Source: Salpingoeca rosetta (Eukaryota; Protista; Choanoflagellata). Taken from it: a stretch of DNA of 64,000 nucleotides. The DNA is taken from assembly GCA_033442325.1 (NCBI GenBank), contig JAWQFM010000001.1, forward strand, positions 755,416-819,415, written 5' to 3'. Under the pieces are notes generated by a model. That model ran no database searches and was not told the origin of the DNA. It worked only from the letters and a program-made list of their open reading frames with translations. Shown here piece after piece: positions 28,936 to 43,063 of this stretch. Every line of letters begins with the position of its first letter. Position 1 is the stretch's first letter. A program made the position numbers and the translations under genes.

Positions 28936-31900
28936 ATGGGTGGCAACAAGCAGAAGCAGAGCTCCATCTCCCGGTTCTTTGCGCGCAAAAAGGCGGTGGC
29001 AGCCAAAGCAAAGAAGGCCAGCTCCACCAGTGCAAACAGTAGCAGCGGCAGCAGCACGGGTGCCTCCAAGTTCTTTGGCGGTGCGTCAAGCAATGGTGAC
29101 GGGACCAACGGCACGACAAGCCAGGCCACCAAGCCTGCCGCTCCTCTCTCCCCAAAGATTACAAAAGCAGTGGATGCACTGAGCGATTTCCTCCCTTCCA
29201 CAAAGCGAGGTGTGTGGGTGTGTGTGGGGGGGGGGGGTGGGTGTGGGTGTGGGTGTGTGGGTGTGGGTGTGGATGTGTGTGTGTGTGTGCGTGTGTGTGG
29301 ATGTGTGTGTGGGTGTGGATGTGTGTGTGGGTGTGTGCGTCCATCGTTGATGCGCCTCTCTGTCCCTCTCTGTCCCTCTCCATCCTCCTTTGTGCCTCGA
29401 CGTACATGCCCGCACGCCCCTGTCTTTCTCTCCCCTCTGTCCCGCTGCCCCTCTGTCCCTCTGTCCCTCTGTCCCTGTCGTGTCTCCCTCTCCTTTGCGC
29501 TCATAGCATGTGCGTGGCATGGTCACGATTGCAGCCAAGACAGATCGCGCCAGCACCCCAAGCAAGCCGGCGGTGGCCGGCGCAAAACCAGACATTGCCA
29601 CATCAAGCGCAAAGCGCAAAGTGGAGCTGAGTCCTGTCCCCGAGAAAAGCGCAAGTGCGACCAGCATTCTGAACCACCTTGCCAGCTCAACCGCGACGCA
29701 CCCCCAGCAGCGACCACACTACTACGCACTACTCACTCCACACAAGCTCAAGTCACTTGCTTGCTCGCTTGCTCACGTGCATGAACGCATGCTTTGGCTT
29801 GCATTCTTGCGACAGAGCTGGATGTGCACTCGTTCTTGCGGGCAGACACACACAAGCAGCGCAAAAGCGCCACAGGCCTGCCTGGCTTTGAGGTCCCCAA
29901 AGGCGCCAAGCTCACGCCGCTCGAACAACAGTAAGGGTGGAATGACCTGGTCACCTCTTCTCCTATCCCAAGCTGTGCGATGGTTCCAATACCCCAATCC
30001 AACGGCCCCGCAAATCTCCCGCAACACACACGCGCACACCCGCGCACACACCCGCGCGCACAACACACGCAACAGGTTCTTGGACGTGAAGCGCAAGCAT
30101 CCCAACTCGGTGCTGCTGGTGGAGGTTGGATACAAGGTCGGTTGCTTGCCGTCCGTCCGTCTGTGTATGTGTGTGTGTGTGTGTGTGTGTGGGCGTGTGT
30201 GAGTGTGTGTCCGTGTGGGCGTGTGTCCGTGTGTGTCCGTGTGTGTCTTGCATGTGTTCGCGCTCTCATGAGCTCTCACGGGCTTTTTGTGCGTGTGTAC
30301 GTACCAACAGTATCAGTTCTTCGGTCGCGATGCGGAGATTGCTGCCGATGTCCTCAACATCTTCTGCGCGTCAGGTCGTGTCATGTTGTGCGCTGCGCTG
30401 TGTGCTGGTGTTGAAGCCTGCTTCCTGGTCGGTCGTGTGGGCAATAGCTCCACGTGCTGGCTTGTTTTGGCTGTCTGTGCCAAACCTCATTCGCCCTCAC
30501 ATGTGTTGCTGCAATGCCGCGTTTGCACATGAACAGGACACAACAACTTCAAGATTGCCAGCATCCCCGTGCACCGCCTGTTTGTACACGTGCGCCGTCT
30601 CGTTGATGCCGGATACAAGGTCTGCCAGCGAGCGCATGCAAGCACCCATGTGCATATACACATATGCAGTTGCAAGCCCTCACACACACACACACACGCA
30701 CGCGCGCACACACACACACGCATACACACACACACACACACACGCACGCACGCACGCACACACACTCTCTCTTGCGCGCTCTCTCTCTCTCTCTCGCCCC
30801 ACACATCCAACATGTGTCAACATCATTTGCTCATGGACACTGGTGACGATGCCATCATGCTTTCCCCCTCCCCTTCTATCCTTCCCGTGGGACAGGTTGG
30901 TGTTGTGAAACAGACGGAGACAGCTGCCTTGAAGAAAGCCAGTGCGAACAAGAGCAAACCCTTCACCCGCAAGCTCGCAGCCATGTACACAAAGGTCAGT
31001 CGTTGCGCTCATGTGCAAACGATAACCCCCATGTAGCCAACCGCCTGCGTGTTACATACTCTTTCCATCATCATCATCGTCGTCGTCGTCATCATCATCA
31101 TCGTCATCATCATCATCAGGGCACGCTGATTGGCGAGGATGTTGACGTTGGCGATGACGCGGCAGACGTCAATGAGGTCTGCATCAACACACGACGGCAC
31201 TGCCTGCTGTCTACTGTGTGTTGTTGTTGTTCTTGTTGTTGTTGGCAGTGAATCCTCACCACGCATACACACGCACTAACACATACACACGCGCGCGATT
31301 GTGACAGACGGGGTACCTGTGCTGCCTGTGTGAAGACATTAAGGACGAAGCAGGGGAGAACACAACCGTTGGCCTTGTTGCCGTCAACTGCACCACAGGT
31401 GAAGTGTCACACGAACGCATTGCGACTTGAGCACCCACATGCAGCGCTCAGCTGCTTCGCTCACACACGTTCACACACACGTGCATACATGGTACTACGC
31501 TTGCTGACCCTCAAACACACACGCACTCATTCACTCACTGACACACTCACTCACTCACACACACACACACACACTCACTCACTCACACACACACACACTC
31601 ACTCACTCACTCACACACACACACACACTCACTCACTCACTCACTCACTCACTCACACACACACACACACTCACACACTCACACACACTCACTCACTCAC
31701 TCACTCACTCTCACACACATGCACACATGCACACGCTCCACGCGCGCCCATTTCAATGCAACATCACACAGGCGATCTGATTTACGACGAATTCAGCGAT
31801 GATGTCAGCAGAGCAGCGCTGGACACGCGCCTGGCACACATCAGCGTGAGCTGCACTGCGATGCTTGCCCTTGTGTTCCTTGCGCTCCTTGCTTGCTTGC

Positions 31901-33416
31901 TCCACGCTCCACGTACACGCGTTCACAACCTTGTTCTTCCGCATCTTCTTTGTCATGATGGCCATTGCACACCACTCACCTATGCAACCAAACACGCACT
32001 CACAAACACGCACTTACACACTCACAAACACGCACACACACATACACCACCCGCGCAGCCTGTGGAAGTTTTGCTGCCGAAGAATTTGCACTCGAGAACT
32101 GCCCGCCTCATCCACGCGTTTCACTCAGACGGTGAATGCAACATCGATACGACCTGCACATGCCATCCAACCCTCCAACTACGCACTTGCACAGCCGCCA
32201 ACAACCACACATGCATGCATCGACAAAGCGACACACACGTTGCACAGCTCATCCTTTGTTGTGTCTGTGCGCTGAATTGCATCCTTCTCTCCTCTCTGTT
32301 CTTCACTTCAGGCGTACGGGAGGAGCGGTTGTCCGATGACCATTTTGACGTCACGCGTGCAGCCAGCGTCATCACGGACTTTTTCTCCGATTCTCCGCAC
32401 ACAGCATCCCCAACCGCCGCCACACCACCATCACCATCATCAAAATCCACCGCCACCACCACTTCAGCAGCAGCGAAGAATGCGACAATTGTGAGCACAA
32501 TGCTGTCGCTGCCACCGCGCGTGCTTGCATGCATGGCTGCACTCCTCCACCATCTCAAGGCCTTCAACCTCGAACGTGTCCTCGCTCTCACTTCCTCCCT
32601 CCGCAGATTCACAACAACAGGTGTGTGTGTGTGTGTGTGTGTATGTGTGTGACGTGTGTTGTGTGCGCCCTCCTGTATGAGACTGCCCAACCCTGTTTTA
32701 TGTCATCAAACATGCTGCTATTTTTTTTCCTTCTCGACTCCTCACCGCGTGTCACAATGTTGACTGCGTAGGGCGGGAGATGATTCTCAACGCGTGTACG
32801 CTTAAGAACCTCGACGTGCTGCGGGAACAGGTGCGTTGAGACACCCATGCATGCAATTGCGCCACCACACGCGCACGAATACACACGTACGCACATGTCA
32901 CATCGCAATGTGCCGCCCACTGCCCGCCAATCCCACGTGCAAGGTTCCGTCCCACACATCCACACATCCACACACACACACACACACACAACCATCACCC
33001 CCCACCAGTCGACGGGGTCGCACCAGGGCTCGCTGCTGTGGCTGCTGGACCACACGTGCACGTCCTTTGGGCGCCGCCTTCTGCGCCACTGGGTTGCACG
33101 CCCTCTCGTCTCCTTCACGTGCGTCGCTGAGCGCTCGCTTGTTGTGCTTGCCTTCCCCGCATGCACGTACATGTATGCTTACATTTCCTTGGCCCTGTGA
33201 TGTGTCTTGATCGTTGATGTTTCGATGCGGCACCTCACACACGCGCACGTGCACCAACCACCGCCGTTTGCAGGGACATTGAGGAGCGGCAGCGTACGGT
33301 TGAGCTCTTCTCGTCCGCGTTTCAGACCGGCGCTGACGACCTGCGCTCGCTCCTGTCCGGAATTCCGGACATTGAACGCGGCCTCCTCACCGTCTACTCA
33401 CAACGGGTGTGTATTT

Positions 33417-33484
<68 letters not shown>

Positions 33485-33779
33485 TTCTGTGTGTGTGTGT
33501 GTGTGTGTGTGCTCGTGTGTGTGTGTGTGTGTGTGTGTGTTTGTGGTGCCCCATCATCATTGTTCGCACCATCAGCATTGTTCCACTCACCGTCAACCTG
33601 GGTGCCTGCTTGCGTATTTGTCATCACAATCAGAGCTCTCCGCGCGAGTTCCACGCATTGGTGACGGCAATGTCCCGTGTGCGGGAGCATTTCGTCATGC
33701 TCCAAGCACACAGCGTTTTGAAACGGTCCTCCCTCCTCTCCAAACTCGTGGAGGTGTGTGTGTGTGTGTTGGTGTGTTG

Positions 33780-33828
<49 letters not shown>

Positions 33829-34132
33829 CTCGCTCGCACCTTATCGATTTTTGGTTTTCCATGAAGACTCTCTCTCATCTGACGAAGTTGCTCACCAGTA
33901 ACCATCCACACACATACACACACACATACACACACACACACACGCCAACACGCACGCGTGCCCCCGGCAGACGGTGTGTGATGCGCTCGAGACGGCGACC
34001 AACTATGTCGGCATGATGAAGAAGGAGGCGGCAGAGAAGAACGACAAGATCGACTTGCTCGTGGACTGCCACCACATCTTCCCGACGAAACGCCCGCTGG
34101 AGGAACAGCTCACCACCGTCAAACGTACGTGC

Positions 34133-34172
<40 letters not shown>

Positions 34173-35621
34173 CCATGTCTGCCCTTTAGGATCCCGCGAC
34201 ACGCTGTCCACTGAGTGCTCACGTGCTGTGTGTTTGCTGCACCGCCACGGTGTTCTCGACGTGCAGACGAGTTGGCGACACACAAGCGCACCATTTGCCG
34301 CACCCTCGGCCTGAACGCGTTTGAATACACGTGTGTGAGTGGCGAGGATTATCTCATCGAAGTACCCCGCTCCCGCGTAAGTCGCACAGTACTTTGCCCG
34401 TGCATGTGCTTGCTTGCTTGCTTGCCTCCGTGCTACCTTGTGTGCTTGCTTGCTATCTTGCTCGCTTGCTTGCTTGCTTCCTCTTGCCATTCCACTCACA
34501 TGCCCACACACACACACACACATCACACACACATGCACACGCACATCACACACACACAAAACACTCCTTGATCCCACTGTCGCGCCAGTCGTCCATTGTT
34601 CCAAAGGACTGGAGAACCATCAGCGCCACAAAGCAGAAAGTTCGGTACCGCTCACAATTCATCCACGAACGCGTGCGTATTGCTCGCTGCTGTGAAGACA
34701 GACAGAATGTTTGTTTGTTTGTTTGTTTGTTTGTTTGTTTGTTTGTTTGTTTGTTTGTTTGTTTGTTTGTGCGGGGTGCTGAGCATTTCTTGCGTTCGCT
34801 TGCATGTACGTGTGTGCGAGTGCTTCCGCTCGCAGGACTCGACCATTCACATCCATAATGCCATTCACGCACACCCTTCGTCTGCCAACACGCGTGTTGT
34901 GCCCTTTAGCTTGAGGTGATGGCGCAGTGCAACGAGCAGCTGCAGATTGACGCAGCAGAGGCGTGGCGCAAGTTCATGGGTGCGTTGCGGGTGCTTTGCA
35001 TGTTCCTACTCGCCTCCTCTTCTGCCTCCCTCCCCATTATTTGTTCCACCATTGTCATTCACCACAACACCAACGACAACCGTTCCCATCAACCACACCA
35101 TCCCTCGTTCTCACCACCACCACCACCACCACCACTGCCTCCATCATTGCCACCACCACCACCACTGCCTCCATCATTGCCACCATCACCACCATCACCG
35201 CCACGCCTGTCAGAGTCGTTTTCTGCGTCATATGACGAGCTTCGTCGCGGCATCAAAGCGCTGGCTACGCTCGACTGCCTCCTCTCGCTCGCCCACACCG
35301 CAAAGCTGCCGGGATATGTCAAGCCAACGCTCCTCAGCCACGCTCCCAGCGGTGTGGGCGGCAACCACGCCGGGGAAGGCTGCAACCACACCAGCACCCC
35401 ACCAGACGCCACCACCACCACCAGCAGTAGCAGTGTGCATGGTGGTAGTGGTGGTGGTGGTGGTGGTGGTGGTGGTGTGCAAAGCGTGCGTGGCCGTGCT
35501 GCGAGGAAGAGCAGCGCGCCGCATCTGCACATTGTCAACGGACGCCATCCAATGGTGGCCGCTGTGCTCGACGACCAGTTTGTGCCAAACTCAACACACA
35601 TGGACGTACGTGTGTGTGTGG

Positions 35622-35698
<77 letters not shown>

Positions 35699-36120
35699 GA
35701 TGAATTGAAATGAGTGTTCGTAGCAGCGCCTTGCTCGTCTGCTCATGCGTACGCGGGTGTGTGCTTGCAGGGAGATGGTGTGCGCTGCATGGTGATTACT
35801 GGCCCCAATATGGGCGGCAAGAGCTCATACATCAAGCAGGTTGGTTGGCTTAGTGCTGTGTGTGAAGGCGTGTGTGTGTGTGTGTGTGTTTTACGGTGTG
35901 ATGTGCTTTGTGTGTGTGTGTGTGCGTGTGTGTTCATTGCTTCTGTACGCAGAATTCACTTCAGCTCTCACTCTGTTGTCTGTTTTGCATTTCTGATCTC
36001 GTTCAGGTTGCGCTGATTGTGATGATGGCCCAGCTTGGATGCTTTGTTCCCGCAGACAGTGCAGAGCTCACGCTCGTCACCAACATCTACACCAGGTCCT
36101 GCAGGGCGGAAGAGGGAGGG

Positions 36121-36154
<34 letters not shown>

Positions 36155-36402
36155 ACATGTGTGTCTGTCTGTCTGTCTGTCTGTCTGGGTGTCTAGCTCG
36201 TGGCCGCCGAAATCCTCGCAGCCATCCTCAACTTCAACACATCTCACCCCATCCCTCCCCCAACAGGATGGGTGCCTCTGATGACATTGAGCGCGGGCAG
36301 AGCACATTCATGACGGAACTGCGTGAGGCGTCGGAAGCGCTGTGCAACGCAGACACGCATTCACTCGTCATCATGGACGAGCTTGGCAGAGGTGACAACT
36401 GC

Positions 36403-36436
<34 letters not shown>

Positions 36437-36750
36437 TATGTGTTTTGCAAATGCGCAATCGTCTGGCTGAACATGTGTCTGTTGTTTGTTTGTTTGTTTG
36501 TTTTTCATGCTTGTTTGTTTGTTTGTTTGTTTGTTTTTCATGCTTGTTTGTTTGTTTGTTTGTTTTTCATCTGCTTCAGGCACGTCCACGCACGACGGCG
36601 TCGCCATTGCCCACGCAACGTTGAAATATCTCATCGACAAGGTGCATCCATTCCGTCCACTGGTGTACTGCGACTAATCACACTTCTACACACGCGCACT
36701 GCTTCTTTACCCCTCTGTCCTCACTCACAAACGCGACCATCTGCCTCTTG

Positions 36751-36808
<58 letters not shown>

Positions 36809-37139
36809 CGTGTTGTGATTTGACCCGCCACCAGCTGCGGTGCCTGTCGCTGTTTGTCACGCACTACCCGAGCTTGGCGGAGGTCACGGCGCTGTATCCG
36901 CAGCACGTCCTCTGCTCACACATGAGCTTCGTCGAGGTGCGACACCTAGTCTGCGTATGTGTGTGCTTTCTTGTATGTGTTCGTGTGTATTGCTGTTGCT
37001 TGTTGACGTGTGTCTCACCATGCCGTTGCGTCACTTTGCTCAACACAGCAACAAGACGACGACAAACAAGCCATGGCTGCCAACAGTGCTCTCAACAAGG
37101 GAGCTGGTGTCCATGACAACGGCGACAACGATGATGATG

Positions 37140-37171
<32 letters not shown>

Positions 37172-37379
37172 GTCGCAGCGTTGGAGATCATCACTGCTGG
37201 CGATACCAATGACACGACTGTGCGGGAGGGAGCCACAACACCGCCGCCACCATCAACATCCGTGCCCCCATCGGCACAGCCGCCACAGCGCGTTCTCTTC
37301 CTGCACCAGCTCGTCAAGGGCCTGGCGAAGAAAAGCTACGGCCTCAACGTCGCCCGCCTCGCTTGGTGCGTTGTGTATC

Positions 37380-37414
<35 letters not shown>

Positions 37415-38030
37415 TTTTTGACTGCATGCGGCATTTGCGTGTGTGTGTACCTACGATCATTTACTCAATGCCACCAAACGCGGTGGTATTCGTTCACATT
37501 GCACGCTCGCGCACAAACTCAAGCTACCTCACGCAAGCACTCACGCAAGCACACGCCAACAACACTGCAACAACCACAACCCACCCGCCGCTCCTGTGCA
37601 ACAGCTTGCCCGAGAGCGTGTTGGCGCGGGCCACGGAGAAGAGCCACGAGCTTGAGTGCGTCGTCCAGGCCAGACGGTAAGCAGCAGCAGCAGCAGCAGC
37701 AGTCGAGCGTGTTGTTTGCTCGTGCTGGTGTCATGAGGTCGTGCGTGCCTTTTGTGCTGGCCACCCTTTTGTCTTGTGCTGCTTGCTGTGCTTGTGTATT
37801 GTACTGCTGGTTGTGGGTGTGCCCTTGTGCTGCGTGTTGCGTGTTGTGATGACGACCACGGGAGAAGACTCACGCCGTTGTGTGCCCGTGTGTTGTGTGG
37901 TGCCTCTCACGGGTGCAGGCGAAGCGAGCAGCAGTCGAATATGGAGCTGTTTGCACAGGCGCTGCTGCAAACGGAGGATGCGCAGAGTGCCGTCAACCTG
38001 CTCTCCGCCATCCAGCACTACAAAGCATAG
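28936..38030 (+). CDS. MSH3: DNA mismatch repair protein MSH3 (MutS-beta subunit), multi-exon
   Basis: N-terminal PIP box [26 protein letters not shown] (MSH3-type Lys rather than the MSH6 Phe-x-Glu), [34 protein letters not shown], Walker [49 protein letters not shown]. Confidence 0.97.
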
Positions 38031-38466
38031 CCAACCCCACGCGCACATGCATTGGGGTGCTTGGTTTGAGTGCTTGGTTTGCTTGTGAGACGCGTCGCGG
38101 CTGACTTGACGACGCTGTCGTCACTGTTGCTGTTGCTGCTGCTGTCGATGTTGTTGGTGACGATGATGATGATGATGTGAAATAAACGAACGAACCCGAA
38201 CCCGAAACCACGAGTCGAAACGCGAAAGAGGTGCAAGTGCGGCTGGGTGGATGAAGATGAGATGTGGTGAGGTGTAAGTTGGCGGCAGCAGTGGCTTTGG
38301 TTGGTGCGCGGTCACAGCGACACACTGCATACACGCCAACCCCACCACGCAACCGCGAGATCCGGAACCGCAGTGGGCGATGAGCGTTGGTTCTAGCGGT
38401 GCTGACTGTCCTAATGATGCTGGCCAAGTTCTATCCTATGGTTGTGGGAGGGAGCACGCGTGCTGG

Positions 38467-38628
38467 TTACAGCGCGTCAGCGACGAGGTCGTCTTGGAGG
38501 AGGAGGTTGTCGGCGTGGTGGTTGCGGGTCTCGCGGTGCTGTTGTAGGCCTTGGTACATGAGGTACAGCGTGGCCACCGCAAACCCAAGCGCCAGGAAGT
38601 CAACGATCAAGAAGATGTGCACACGCAT
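38467..38628 (-). CDS. Candidate 53-aa single-pass membrane microprotein
   Basis: MRVHIFLIVDFLALGFAVATLYLMYQGLQQHRETRNHHADNLLLQDDLVADAL*. Host-like codons, an upstream acceptor-like ctttgcag (~38675), divergent from UBE2G1. Confidence 0.45.
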   Translation of the reverse strand: MRVHIFLIVDFLALGFAVATLYLMYQGLQQHRETRNHHADNLLLQDDLVADAL

Positions 38629-38832
38629 CTCGAGCACAGTGTGGAAGGCGAGGGGAGGGACGCGACGGAACAGTCTGCAAAGCGTGCGTGCGTGCACACA
38701 AACACAAAAGAGCAACAACGACCGTTGTTGTGTGTGGTGTGTGTGTATGTGTGTGGAATTTATTTTCGCACAACAACAAGCAAGAAGCAAGCAAAGGAAC
38801 AACCGACAAGCCAAAGCCAAGCACGCAGCGAG

Positions 38833-40176
38833 ATGAGCGGTACAGCGGCATTGCTGTTGCAGCGGCAGCTGAAGGAGCTGCAGAAGAACCCCGTCGATGG
38901 GTTCAGCGCTGGCCTCAAAGACGACAACATCTTCCATTGGGAGGTATGTCCGTCTGCTGCTGCTGCTGTTACTTTGAATGTGTGTCGGTTGGATAGGCAC
39001 GTGATGTGATGATGATGTGTGTCGCATCACATCACATCACATCAAGTCGCGTGTCCTCACTTCACCACCATCATCATGACATGCCTGCAGGTGATGATCA
39101 TGCCACAGGAGGGCAGCCCATACAACGGGGCCATGTTCTGTGCAGAGCTTGTGTTTCCAAAGGACTACCCTTCCAACCCGCCAAAAATGCGCTTTGTCAA
39201 GGTATGTTACATGTCATGTGCGCGCGTGTGTATCTGTGTATGTGTCTGTGTGTGTCTGTGTGTGTCTGTGTGTGTCTGTGTGTGTCTGTGTGTGCACGTG
39301 CGTGTGTGTGTGTGTGTGTGCATGCGTGTATGTGTGTGTGTGCATGCGTACGTGTGTATGTGTGTATGTGTGTGTCTGTATCTTTCACGTGCGACATGTC
39401 AGCCTTAACCTTGACGTCAACACGCACGCGCATACATGCAATCTATGAAGGTCATTCCTTGGCACCCGAACGTGTACGAGGATGGACGCGTGTGCATCTC
39501 TATCCTGCATCCACCCGGCGATGATGAGTATGGTTATGAGGATGCCAGTGAACGCTGGCTTCCCGTGCACACCGTCACCACCATCCTTCTCTCCGTCACG
39601 TCCATGCTCGCGGACCCCAACGACGAGGTGTGGTCTTGTGTGTTTGTGTGTATGTGTCTGCCTGTCTGACTGTCTGCCTGTCTGACTGTGTGCGTGTGTC
39701 TGCCTGTCTGCCTGTTTGCCTGCCTGTGTGCCTCCCTTCCTTTCTGTCTTTGTGCATGTCTGTGTGTAAGTGCTGGCGTGCTTGTCTCTCTGCCTCCAGC
39801 TTTTCTCTGTTTCTTTCTCAACTTCTCCATCTTCGACTTGTGCGCGCGTGTCAAACACGTGCACCATATTTCTTCTCCCGCCTTCGTCGTGTAGTCCCCT
39901 GCAAACCTGGAGGCAGCAAAGGAATGGAGAGAAGACAAGGAAACGTTCAAAAAGAAGGTATGGGCAACGTGAACTTGCACGCATGTCGCAACACACGCAC
40001 GCACGCAAATTATTGTGCACACAACGAATGTGTCCATGTGCAGACACAATTAACACACTCTCACCCCACACCTGCTGCCCCGCTTCCCCACACACATACA
40101 CCACCACCAACAACAAATGCTCGCGTCACAGGTGCGGTCGTGCGTGCGACGAAGCCAAGAGGAGGCGTTCCTTTAG
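38833..40176 (+). CDS. UBE2G1: Ubiquitin-conjugating enzyme E2 G1-like, 5 exons
   Basis: [50 protein letters not shown] (catalytic Cys and acidic loop), [37 protein letters not shown]. Confidence 0.93.
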
Positions 40177-40711
40177 ACGTTCAACCACACTTCCACACAC
40201 AACACCTATTGCTCCAACACGCTCTTGTTCATGTTGCATGAAATGACACGTGCGATGTGCTGATGATGATTCAGGGCGTATTGTCTTGCCTGTCTGCTCT
40301 AATTTGTCACTTTCCATCCTCCTAATGCCAATCAGCAATGTGTATGCGTGTGTGTGTGTCTGTGTGTCTGTGTGTCTGTGTGTCTGTCTGTGTGTCTGAC
40401 TGTGTGCTTGCTTGCCTGCCTGCCTGTACGTCATTCAATGTTGGTTTATCCCTTGCTCTCGTGTGTACACTTAAAGCCCGATTCCCCCTCGCCCCAATGT
40501 TGGCAACCAACAGCAAAGCAGCAACCATGCGCATGTGCATGTGGTGTGTGTGTGTGTGTGTGTGTTGCGCAGCAACTGTGTAACTGTTACTCCAAGCCAA
40601 GCACACCAACAACGAGAACAGCACACGCTAGCAGTGTGGCCTTGGTGCATCATGCGCCTGTGAACGACACGCGGATACTTCCATGATGAACAATAAGTGC
40701 TGCCACTACTG

Positions 40712-41985
40712 CTAATGTTCGCGCGCATCCACAAACTCAAGCTCATCGTCATCATCATCGTCATCATCATCATCATTGTCATCTTCATGATGCTGGGCCA
40801 GGTCGTCAAAGTCTTCTTCCTCGAACCGCTCAATCGGTTGAAAGTATGCATGCTGCTGTTCTTGTTGCTGTGACTGCTGTTGTCGTTGTTGCTGTGGTGG
40901 CTGTCGTTGCTGTCGTTGCTGTCGTTGCTGCGAATGCTGGTAGGGCGAGTGCGCAGCAGCCTGCCGCTGCCCCCTGTGCCCTCCCACAGCAGCGCTGCCG
41001 GCACCACGGCTCGTTGAGAGCGGCGCAGTGACAGCAGCACCCGGCTCGCGTGCCGCATACGGTCGCGCGTACGACGACGCTGGTGTCGACGATAACGACG
41101 ACGACGACAACGACGATGTCAGCTGCATGCCGCGTGATGGTTCACCACGACCAAATCCACCAGCGTCGCCGCTGAAGCCCGATCCTCCTCCTCCTCCTCT
41201 CCCGGCAGCGCTGTCCGATGCTGCCGCTCGCCCCATGGCTGCATGCGTCGTGGTGCCTGTTGATGACGATGATGCTGACGCCGCCGTGGTCGCCCTTGTC
41301 GGGAGGGCGGCGTCGGGGCAGCGCACGAACGTATTCCACGTGCTGAGCCGCTGGCCAAGCGTCGAAGACTCCAGGGTGAGCACGGCGCTTCTAGAAAGCT
41401 GCATGCGCTGTTGCACGACGCCTTGCACGTACATGTACCCCATAACCAGGCCCGTGAAGTTGCACCAGAAGGAGGTGGTCGGGAGGAAGTGGGTGCAGAT
41501 GAGCATGAGCGGCGGCAAGATTGTGGGCGGCATCTGTAGGCCGTACACGCTGATCACGGAGGAGCTGGTGGAGAAGCAATAGACGTAGATGACGGCCATG
41601 GTCAGCAGAGGGCTGGTCAGCCCGATGGTGCAGATGTTCCAGAAGGAGAAGTTGATGCCCACAATCAGGTACGCCAGCGCTGCGCCCATGCAATATGTCA
41701 CGGCGACGACGGCTGTCATGGCCAGGAACATGTGTGCATACCGCACGCTGCCCATGGATGTCTCTAGCCGTGACGACACCATCAGCAACCCAATCATGTT
41801 CAGCACAAAGTGTATCAAGTTCCTGTGGATCACAGCATATGTGAACAGCCGATGGACTGGTGTCCGAGTGCGAGTGCGCGTTTGGGGGGGGAATGTGAGT
41901 GTGCGCGTAAATCTTGAGTGTACTCATGATCATGAACATGAGTGTGAGTGTGTGTGTGTGAGTGTGTGAGTGTGTGAGTGTGTGT

Positions 41986-42045
<60 letters not shown>

Positions 42046-42297
42046 TCAGCACGAGGTCTCCAGCCCGCATGCACATGTGTCTTGGTTCGTGCGAGCTGGC
42101 ACTCCAGAACCAACACAACGCTCGAGGGCTCGACACTCACGTTGGAAATACATGATGGCCGTTGCTGGTTGGAGACACAGGGCTGGGATGACCTGTGGAA
42201 ATGACGCACCGATGATGAATCCGAGCAGCTGAAACACCACAACCACCCGTGTCACCAGCGGCATCGCGCCAAACCCAGCCTGCACCATCCCCCGCAT
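40712..42297 (-). CDS. Rhomboid-superfamily pseudoprotease, RHBDD2/Dsc2-like; exons 42141-42297 and 40712-41856 (start uncertain)
   Basis: FQLHRLFTY, IHRNLIHFVLNM, LETSMGS. The catalytic GxS site reads GLT and the TM6 His position reads TSFWCNFTG. Low-complexity Gln/Asp-rich tail. Confidence 0.8.
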
Positions 42298-42418
42298 CTC
42301 CCACTGTCGATGCGTCAACCAATGTGTGGAGGTGTGTGTGAGGTGAGAGGCTGGCTGGTGGCTGGTGCTGATGATTTCGATGAAGTCGTCGTCCGCCACT
42401 TTCAGTGGACTGCAGATT

Positions 42419-43023
42419 ATGGTGTCGGTTGCGCAAACGACTGCAACGGCTGTTGTGCGGCGGCGGGGAAGGACTCGCTTGCGCTGGCTGTGGGTGCAGG
42501 CGCAGGTGCAGTGGCACAAGGCATGCACCTGCTGTGACGCGTGGTGCCGGTGGTGCCGATGGTGGTGGCTGGGTCACCAGCGTACCCGCCACTTATCCTA
42601 CCCGCACGGCTATGGCGAACAGGAGGAGTGCAGGTGCTCAGTGACGAGGTGCCTGGCACTTGTGCTGGCAGTCGTGGTCCTGCTTCCTGTCCTGCTGTTC
42701 GCTGTCCCGCACCTGGTGTTGCCGACACCTGGCGGCGGCGACGGTATTGGCGGCGACGGTATTGGCGGCGACGGTATTGGCGGCGACGGTATTGGCGGCG
42801 ACGGTATTGGCGGCGACGGTATTGGCGGCGAAGGAATGACTCACATTAAGGGGCAGTACCAGCCTCAAGAGGATCAACCACAGGCTGACCTGTATCATAG
42901 CCAGGCCTTTCTGCGCAACACCCTACAAGCCGGATCATCCATTTTCTGCTCAAACACATCTGACGTCAACCATCGCCGATGCCAGTCAGTCGCTCATGTC
43001 CTCGTGTCTCGGCTTGACGTGTA

Positions 43024-43063
<40 letters not shown>

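Noticed and set aside
38833-42297. ERAD gene cluster (E2 + pseudo-rhomboid)
   Set aside because: The E2 resembles UBE2G1 rather than the ERAD enzyme UBE2G2/Ubc7, and the genes are convergent; adjacency is probably chance.
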